A DNA stretch of 22,916 bases from an uncultured Oligoflexus sp. GTDB lineage: Bacteria; Bdellovibrionota_B; Oligoflexia; Oligoflexales; Oligoflexaceae. Positions 16,938-22,916 of the stretch are shown here, piece after piece. The stretch covers positions 52,708-75,623 of the forward strand of contig CAXSGP010000008.1 in NCBI GenBank assembly GCA_964236955.1, in the 5' to 3' direction. How positions within the stretch are numbered: the first letter of the stretch is position 1; every line of letters begins with the position of its first letter. A model generated the notes under the pieces. The model made no database searches. It was given only the letters and a program-made list of their open reading frames with translations, and had not been told where the DNA came from. The position numbers and the translations under genes were made by a program.

Positions 16938-17549
16938 TCAAAAGACCTTGGCGCGTAGCGCAGCTTCTCTCTTCATGAGGCGGCTCATATAGGCTTGCAG
17001 GGGCGGATTGCCCTGAAGGAGGAATTCATCCGCGCCCGGGATGATGGCACCGAGCAGGATATCGGCGGCGGAAAAACCTGACTGAAGAATATAGTCTTGC
17101 TGGGATAGGATTGGATTGAGTGCCAGTTTGAAGACTTCCGCTTCTGTTCTATTGAGGGCGAGTGTCTCGGCCTTTTCCACAGGACTTGATACATGCGTGA
17201 ACATTCTCGCGACCACACATTCAAGACTTCCCACCGACCATACCATCCATTTCAGATAATCAGCACGATTTTTGGTATCTTCAATCTTCGGGGCCAGGGT
17301 TCCATAACTGTAGCGATCGGCCAGGTAGAGACAGATGGCAGCGGATTCAAACATCACAACCTCACCGTCGATGAGAGTCGGTGTCCTGCCCATAGGATTA
17401 ATCTTTCGGTATTGGGCTGTATCCAGTTCTCCCGCCGATTTTTTAAGGAAGATATCTTCATAGGGGACCTTGATTTCCTCCAGTAGCCAGCGAATACGAT
17501 CGCTTCGATCCTGATAAGCCCTGGAGTAAAGTTGTAAGGGTTTTTTCAT
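16938..17549 (-). CDS. Glutathione S-transferase family protein (beta/GTT-like), 203 aa
   Basis: RIRWLLEEI, INPMGRTPTL, FESAAICLYLAD and FSAADI. GAGG upstream of ATG 17549. Confidence 0.92.
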   Translation of the reverse strand: MKKPLQLYSRAYQDRSDRIRWLLEEIKVPYEDIFLKKSAGELDTAQYRKINPMGRTPTLIDGEVVMFESAAICLYLADRYSYGTLAPKIEDTKNRADYLKWMVWSVGSLECVVARMFTHVSSPVEKAETLALNRTEAEVFKLALNPILSQQDYILQSGFSAADILLGAIIPGADEFLLQGNPPLQAYMSRLMKREAALRAKVF

Positions 17550-17685
17550 AAGCTGTCCGTCCTCGAATTTTGTCGGCAATGATAATTGGGCGCATTTTCC
17601 AAAGTTTAGCCCAGGAGGCGCCAGACTGTAAATCCGAGACTCTGCCGCAGCTTATGATTGTCAATCCGACTCACAGGCACCCAAC

Positions 17686-17717
17686 AAAAAAAGTGTGGAA
17701 GCCGAAGCATCCACACT
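17686..17717 (-). terminator. Rho-independent terminator of the 375-aa outer-membrane protein gene
   Basis: Minus strand AGTGTGGATGC-TTCG-GCTTCCACACT followed by a T-run; cUUCGg tetraloop, about 27 nt after the stop. Confidence 0.85.
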
Positions 17718-17744
17718 CTTTATTTGAACTAAAAACCGTTAAGC

Positions 17745-18872
17745 TTAGAGTTTAACTGTTACGAAACCAGCATAACGTGCTGTTTCTTCTCTTGCTGTGT
17801 AGCGAACGCCAGACTCAGTTAGAGTATCAGCTCTTTCGCCGCGCATAAAGCTACCGTTGAGGCCAAGGTAGGTCTGACGGTTGATCGCGAGGATACCTTC
17901 AAGTGTACCGCCGTAGAGGTTAGCCAAACGGTAACCGAGGCCCGATTCATCAGCGCCGATTTCAGTAGAAGCGGCACCTTTGTATTCGGCGGCCAAAGAA
18001 ACGCGTGAACGGGCGTCGGTCCAGTAGGTTGCCATGAGTTTAGCAGCAACACGGTCAGCGCTTTTGTATTGTTCAAACAAAGGTACTGCACCCTGAACGT
18101 TACCATCGTAACGAGCCATGGAAACGCTGCTTGCAAGACTGAAGTTGTCAGTCAAGTTACCGCGAACAAAAACGGTACCGGTTGAAGGCAAGAAAATTGC
18201 GCGTTCGTTGACGATATCCTGGTTAGGGATAGCCGTCAGACTCAAAGCCGTTCCCTGGCGAGTTGCCGAAGGGCTAAGAATATCGCTCTCTTGAACTTCG
18301 GATGTGTACGCAACACCGATTTCATAGGCAGGCTCGTGGTACGAAAGACCAGCGATACCGCGTGTATAATCAAAGTTGAATTCATTCTGAGTCAGGTAAT
18401 TCTCAGTGATGTCGAGCTTCGAAATCTCGGCGCCGATACCAGCTGTGAAGTACTTGCCAAATGTGTAAGCAAGTTCAGGAATAACTTTTTGAGACTTAAA
18501 GGTTTCTTTCGATGTATCAGCCGCTGTGCTTTTGTTTTCAGCATCAGAATAGCTGCCGCGAACACCGAAAGTCAGGTCCTGCCAGCCGTAAGCGACGGCT
18601 GCGTTGACGGTTGGGTTTTGAAGATCGGAACCGACACCGTTTTTACGGAGTTGGCTATTTTGTGTTTCGCCTTCAAGACGAGCACGCAAGCCAGCGTTCT
18701 CGTGGAGCTGAGAGGGTGAAACATAATCAAGGCCACCAAGGAGAAGACGATCGCGTTTTGCGTAATCTCTGATGGTGGTGTTCACAGGATAGAGATCGCT
18801 CTCAGCAGCCTGTGAATATGCAGAGGTGGCGCCTAGTAGAATAAACAAGCTGACTAAATTTGAGGCTTTCAT
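17745..18872 (-). CDS. Outer-membrane beta-barrel/porin-like protein, 375 aa
   Basis: Signal peptide MKASNLVSLFILLGATSAYS(QA), many Gly/Tyr-rich amphipathic strands, C-terminal strand YAGFVTVKL and a dedicated strong terminator. Confidence 0.75.
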   Translation of the reverse strand: MKASNLVSLFILLGATSAYSQAAESDLYPVNTTIRDYAKRDRLLLGGLDYVSPSQLHENAGLRARLEGETQNSQLRKNGVGSDLQNPTVNAAVAYGWQDLTFGVRGSYSDAENKSTAADTSKETFKSQKVIPELAYTFGKYFTAGIGAEISKLDITENYLTQNEFNFDYTRGIAGLSYHEPAYEIGVAYTSEVQESDILSPSATRQGTALSLTAIPNQDIVNERAIFLPSTGTVFVRGNLTDNFSLASSVSMARYDGNVQGAVPLFEQYKSADRVAAKLMATYWTDARSRVSLAAEYKGAASTEIGADESGLGYRLANLYGGTLEGILAINRQTYLGLNGSFMRGERADTLTESGVRYTAREETARYAGFVTVKL

Positions 18873-19339
18873 GAGTTTCCCTTCGTAATAAAAATCCCTA
18901 TTCGTGAATTACAGAATCGTGGATTCGGCGGCAACTGATATCGGTTCACTCGAGTCGTCAAAGACCTATCCCCGATCTTCGTATCTTGCCCTACGAATTC
19001 CTCCAATGAAGCTATTTATTTGATAAATTAGCCACCCGACTGCAGGCCATCACCGGAGTTTTCGGCCTTTTAAACTTATTTTGATGAAAAAATTAAGGAT
19101 GCTTTTATTGTCATGCCTTGCCTAAAAAGTAGGCATGAGGGTCCGTCATTTCTGTCAAGAGGTGGATTAACTAGAGAATTGATTGAAAGAGCGAGGGAAA
19201 GCCGAGCCGGAGCTTGGCCAAATGACAAAGAAACCTGTAAGTTTTATCTGAAGTTGGCAGGCGCTGAAGAGCGCGCTTATTTAATAGGAAGGGACGTCTG
19301 GCCCAGGTCGTTCCTGCAGCCATGTTATTCATTTGAATT

Positions 19340-19642
19340 TTATAGATCGCAACGGTCGACGATGCGCAGCATACTCAAGGTCCAGATCTTATAAACAGAG
19401 TACGCGATCAGCCCAAGGGTGATACTCAGCAGGGCATGCCACAGATAGTGAAGTTGCTCACCGTTGACAATGATTTGCTTCATGGCTTTGATAATGCCCG
19501 TGGGATCACGGTCGGGGTGTTGCAGGCTGCCGTGTGGGATAACCCAAGCCACGACGTTAATGGCTAGGGAAAGGGTAATGATCCAAACACTGAGAATTTC
19601 TTTTTCGAGGAAATTGTTGAGCTTAGTCAAGATTTCTGACAT
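19340..19642 (-). CDS. Hypothetical 2-TM membrane protein, 100 aa
   Basis: Two hydrophobic stretches (ILSVWIITLSLAINVVAWVI and YLWHALLSITLGLIAYSVY). Fills the gap downstream of radD on the same strand. Confidence 0.6.
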   Translation of the reverse strand: MSEILTKLNNFLEKEILSVWIITLSLAINVVAWVIPHGSLQHPDRDPTGIIKAMKQIIVNGEQLHYLWHALLSITLGLIAYSVYKIWTLSMLRIVDRCDL

Positions 19643-19804
19643 CCATTCGCACCCTAAAAAATTGTGGGGAGAGATCAGTATATCTTGGCCATTGCAAGTT
19701 TTAAAGGGTCATATCAATATTCGTTGGCTCGATTACGGCAATTGATTTCGCGGAAATAATCTTCATTATAGGGCGGTGGCGACGCGGCCAAGGCCTCTTT
19801 TAAA

Positions 19805-21526
19805 CTATTCAAATATCTTTTCCCGAATGTCCCAATAGTAGGTCTTTTTCCTGGCAATGACAAATAGGGGAATCCGAAAGAGGTGCTGCTGGGCGATCAC
19901 GTCGTCGGCGCTGCTCACCGTAACGGCCTTCTCTGGTAGTCTCAAATGCATGCGCATAAAGTTGTAATAGAAGGCCCGGCAGTCGTTGGGACTATTGATA
20001 TAGAAAAACTCACGCAGGAATTCGCCATCGCAATCGTAGTATTTGACTTCGATTCGACATTGGCCCTTCTTGTCAAAAGATTTGTCAAAGACCATCGAAT
20101 CGGGTCGCATCACATGGGCGTCCTTCAAGGCCATGGCATCTCTCAGTTTCTTGTCGTTGTCGACGAGTAGCGCCTGGCAGCCTGAGCAGACCCGGGCGGC
20201 AATGTCGTTTTCCTCGCCGCATTGACTACAACGTTTGAAGCGAAAGCGGTAGGGGCAGGGGATTATTTCTAAGGTTTTTGGGTCCTCGTGCGCGCCTCGG
20301 CATTTTCTTCCAAAATGTTCTATAATTTCGCCGTCCGAATCTTTAAGGCCCCAGAAATCGTTTTCATGCCCGCATTGAGGACAGGCAACGACCACGGCGA
20401 CCGATTCTTCGGAGGGTTTATTTTCTTTGATATCGGGGCTGAAAATATCATGGCCGGCACCCGTATAGTCGAGTATCAGGCAGTCGTGTTTCCCTTCCGC
20501 CAGGCGCAATCCGCGACCAATGATCTGCTGGTAGAGGCTTAGCGATTCGGTAGGTCGGAGCAGGGCGATGAGATCGACGTGCGGGGCATCAAAACCTGTG
20601 GTCAGTACCGAGACATTGACGAGAAATTTCAATTTCCTTTGCTTAAAGGCTTTGATAATGGAATCGCGATCGGCACTGGAGGTATCCCCTACGACCATCG
20701 CGGATACACCCCGGGGCAGCAGACCGAGGATTTCTTCAGCATGGCGCACTGAACTCGTAAAAATCATGACGCCTTGCCGGTCGGCCGCCATCGCAACGAT
20801 GTTGGCGATAATGCCGGGCGTTACCCTTTCCTGATCTTTGAGGACCTGTTCCACTTCTTTTAATGCAAATTTTTCCCCCTTGAGTTTGAGACTTGAGAAA
20901 TCATATCCGGCCACCGGGGAATCGATCTTAATCGGCGGCGTCAGATATTTATTTTTGATCATATAGCCGAGCGAAAGATCAAAAATACATTTTTTGAAAA
21001 ATCGTTGCTCGCTCGTGCGTAGAAGTCCGCGGTGATGGTATTCGTAGATCCAGCCAAGGCCCAGTCGATAGGGCGTCGCGGTCAGCCCAAGAATGCAAAG
21101 CGCTGGATTAACGGCACGCAAACGTCGAACCACCTGCGCATACTGACTGTCGTCTTCCATGGATACCCGGTGGCATTCGTCAATGACCAGCAGGGAAAAA
21201 CTCTTAAACAGTTCTTCCCCAGCTCGCGCCACGGACTGAATACTGCCAAATATCACCTTTGTGGACTGATCCTTTCGTTCAAGGCCTGCTGAGTAGACGC
21301 CAGCCTTCAAATCATAACTCTCGTATTTCTCGTGGTTCTGCTCGACCAGTTCTTTGACGTGAGCCAGGACCAGAACCCGCCCTTTTGCTATTCGGGCCAG
21401 CTCCGCTATCACCAGACTCTTGCCAGCACCGGTCGGCAGCACCAAGACGGCTGGGTCTCGCTGCCTTTGAAAGTAGCGTATGGTCGAATCGACTGCAATT
21501 TGTTGATAGGGCCGGAGTTGATACAT
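19805..21526 (-). CDS. radD: SF2 DNA repair helicase RadD (YejH), 573 aa
   Basis: LRPYQ, LPTGAGKS, DECH, LTATPYR, LTTGFDAP and QIIGRGLR, plus the RadD-type Zn region CPQC…IEHFGRKC…RFRFKRCSQCGEENDIAARVC. Start at ATG 21526. Confidence 0.93.
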   Translation of the reverse strand: MYQLRPYQQIAVDSTIRYFQRQRDPAVLVLPTGAGKSLVIAELARIAKGRVLVLAHVKELVEQNHEKYESYDLKAGVYSAGLERKDQSTKVIFGSIQSVARAGEELFKSFSLLVIDECHRVSMEDDSQYAQVVRRLRAVNPALCILGLTATPYRLGLGWIYEYHHRGLLRTSEQRFFKKCIFDLSLGYMIKNKYLTPPIKIDSPVAGYDFSSLKLKGEKFALKEVEQVLKDQERVTPGIIANIVAMAADRQGVMIFTSSVRHAEEILGLLPRGVSAMVVGDTSSADRDSIIKAFKQRKLKFLVNVSVLTTGFDAPHVDLIALLRPTESLSLYQQIIGRGLRLAEGKHDCLILDYTGAGHDIFSPDIKENKPSEESVAVVVACPQCGHENDFWGLKDSDGEIIEHFGRKCRGAHEDPKTLEIIPCPYRFRFKRCSQCGEENDIAARVCSGCQALLVDNDKKLRDAMALKDAHVMRPDSMVFDKSFDKKGQCRIEVKYYDCDGEFLREFFYINSPNDCRAFYYNFMRMHLRLPEKAVTVSSADDVIAQQHLFRIPLFVIARKKTYYWDIREKIFE

Positions 21527-21728
21527 GACGGACTTCGTTTGCTGAGGGTTAAGATAAACAATGACCTTAGCCAACTGACCTCAGGTGTGGAGAGGAAAAA
21601 CTTTTCACCGCTGAAACACGAAACTCCACCTATAGCGTTCGACACTTAGGTGGTAGTTGTTCATCAGCAAGCCCGATCGAAGTATTTAAAATCTGCGTCC
21701 TCTTTGCCCATTAAGCGACAGCAAGCTA

Positions 21729-21839
21729 TCAACCTTTAGCGGCTTTTTTGGCTTGTTTTTCGGCTTTTTTTTCTTTAGCGTTTTTAACCGGTGCTTTTTT
21801 TACGTCTTTTTTTGCGTCTTGACTCTTACCCATACCCAT
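21729..21839 (-). CDS. Small Lys/Ala-rich basic protein, 34-36 aa (not in ORF track)
   Basis: (MG)MGKSQDAKKDVKKAPVKNAKEKKAEKQAKKAAKG followed by TGA TAG. Every A-tract falls in Lys/Glu/Asn codon register. GGGGT upstream; the start is 21839 or 21833. Confidence 0.75.
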   Translation of the reverse strand: MGMGKSQDAKKDVKKAPVKNAKEKKAEKQAKKAAKG

Positions 21840-21910
21840 ACCCCAAAATTTAGAGATCAACCTAAGTCAGCCAAAGTGACGAATGCTTCGCTCTTAACGG
21901 CCTAGTCAGC

Positions 21911-21939
21911 AATGTCGCAAAAACTTTGCCGTATTTCAA
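21911..21939 (-). promoter_or_regulatory. Candidate sigma70-type promoter for the Lys-rich peptide
   Basis: Minus strand TTGAAA-17 nt-GACATT with an extended -10 TG, about 70 nt upstream of the ATG. Confidence 0.35.
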
Positions 21940-22131
21940 GGGTTTCCGCTCCTGTATCGCATCTTATCCAGGACGCCTTGGCGTCAGCCTTCCGCCGAAA
22001 GCAATGAGCTGCAAATCCTAATTGATCGATTCCCAAAGAACCCAGGTTTTTTCTCTCGCTGTATTGGCCTTCCCGGGAGGATCACCAAGCGACACGGACA
22101 AGGTGGAAAAGGTCTTATCCATGCGGCCGTG

Positions 22132-22187
22132 AAAAAATTCAGACTTTTTATGATCTGAATTCTGTTAAGCCAGCGCTGCTGGCTTTT
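22132..22187. terminator. Tandem hairpins downstream of the 130-aa gene, probable terminator region
   Basis: AAGCCAGC-GCT-GCTGGCTT (22167-22185) and AATTCAGA-N10-TCTGAATT (22136-22161); the latter is followed by a T-run on the minus strand. Confidence 0.45.
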
Positions 22188-22209
22188 GTGCTCGATCTGC
22201 CATCTGACC

Positions 22210-22602
22210 TTAATTTGCCGAGCGGGTGTAGCCACCGTTACGAGCAGCCTCCTCAGTCATGAAGCAGGATCTGTCATCGTCTTCAAAATATTTCTGACCA
22301 TCCAGGACTTCCTCATAGCTACGGCTGTCTTTGGCATAATAAAGTTTGGTCTTGCGATCACCGACGATAGGACAGGTCGCGGCTTTAAAGGATCGACTGA
22401 CTTTCTGAGTCACGGCGTTGGCGTTTTTGCCAACTTCAGCAGCAGCTTTGCCGACGCCCTCGGCGGCTTCCTTAGTCCCCTCTTTGACCGTTTCAAGGCC
22501 ACTTTGTAGATTCTCGTTCGGTGTTTTATTAGAATTCGCAGCCAGTATAGGGCTTGCCAACATCATACTGATAAAGCCAGCGGCACGGATAAAGTCTTTC
22601 AT
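22210..22602 (-). CDS. Secreted protein with Ala/Lys/Glu-rich helical repeats and C-terminal Ada-like/'sunset'-type domain, 130 aa
   Basis: GAGGAG SD and signal peptide. TVKEGTKEAAEGVGKAAAEVGK helix. CPIVGDRKTKLYY…SY…CFMTEEAARNGGY matches the G-N/D..K.YH…F.TE.EA..GY pattern. Confidence 0.8.
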   Translation of the reverse strand: MKDFIRAAGFISMMLASPILAANSNKTPNENLQSGLETVKEGTKEAAEGVGKAAAEVGKNANAVTQKVSRSFKAATCPIVGDRKTKLYYAKDSRSYEEVLDGQKYFEDDDRSCFMTEEAARNGGYTRSAN

Positions 22603-22865
22603 AAAGCGCTCCTCGTTAAAAGCCGGTCCCAGGTGTTCGTGCTTGAATAAGCGTTTGCCGAGAGTAAATTATAGGGGCCGCTCAGGGTAAAGCCCAGTTC
22701 AAAGGTTTGTCCCGAGCTTTAAAATTCAATGTATTCGGTTTGTTGACCTGTATTTAGTTTTTTCCCTGGCCGCTTCAGGCGCAGCGAAGCTCCCTTACTA
22801 GCCCTCTCAGGTATTGTCCGTATAAAAGGTAGTAGCCTGAGGCGCTGCCTTAGTTGGATTTTGCT

Positions 22866-22908
22866 TAGGGGCTGTTGACGTTTGGCTACGCCAACGTCGA
22901 ACATCCCC
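22866..22908. repeat. Imperfect palindrome resembling a collapsed IS5-type MITE / REP-like element
   Basis: TA-GGGGCTGTTGACGTTTGGC-TAC-GCCAACGTCGAACATCCCC: 17 pairs with one mismatch and two single bulges. Confidence 0.5.
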
Positions 22909-22916
22909 AGTAACGC

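Noticed and set aside
19113..19394. 93-aa plus-strand ORF
   Set aside because: No motif or convincing SD, and it overlaps the convergent 100-aa membrane protein gene.
21962..22030. SAM-I riboswitch (TCTTATCCAG start)
   Set aside because: The kink-turn/pseudoknot elements, GCAACC and closing GATAAG are absent, and there is no downstream plus-strand gene.
1..22916. CRISPR array, tRNA/rRNA, transposase, prophage or anti-phage defence genes
   Set aside because: I saw no regularly spaced repeats, cloverleafs or matching protein motifs. The helicase is ordinary RadD, not a defence helicase.

Overview
A 22.9-kb bacterial window (about 50% GC) of mostly unlinked housekeeping and accessory genes. 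The gene mix (DUF4360 secreted protein, orphan PAS/GAF kinase, small lipoproteins, beta-barrel proteins) suggests a Gram-negative Bdellovibrionota/Oligoflexia-like organism; this is inference only. Well-supported genes: an exported M1 aminopeptidase (pepN), a TAP/ABCB10-like ABC half-transporter, a CREST ceramidase-family protein, a radical SAM/SPASM(twitch) protein, a monoheme cytochrome c lipoprotein, a glutaredoxin-like protein lacking the active-site Cys, two outer-membrane beta-barrels, an acyl-CoA thioesterase, DUF4360, a CDF transporter, two GSTs, a histidine kinase, the RadD helicase and a secreted sunset/Ada-like domain protein. Reading the DNA directly adds features the ORF track misses: (i) a decayed EEP-family (endonuclease/exonuclease/phosphatase) pseudogene whose 3' half runs in frame into the ceramidase ORF; (ii) three small ORFs under 60 aa (a lipoprotein, a single-TM protein, a Lys-rich peptide upstream of radD); (iii) a multibranch leader that could sequester the pepN Shine-Dalgarno; (iv) a collapsed MITE-like palindrome at the right edge. 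I found no rRNA, tRNA, CRISPR array or transposase. The best candidate for a new system is the TAP-like exporter next to an exported ERAP1-like aminopeptidase, but it rests only on adjacency and family membership.
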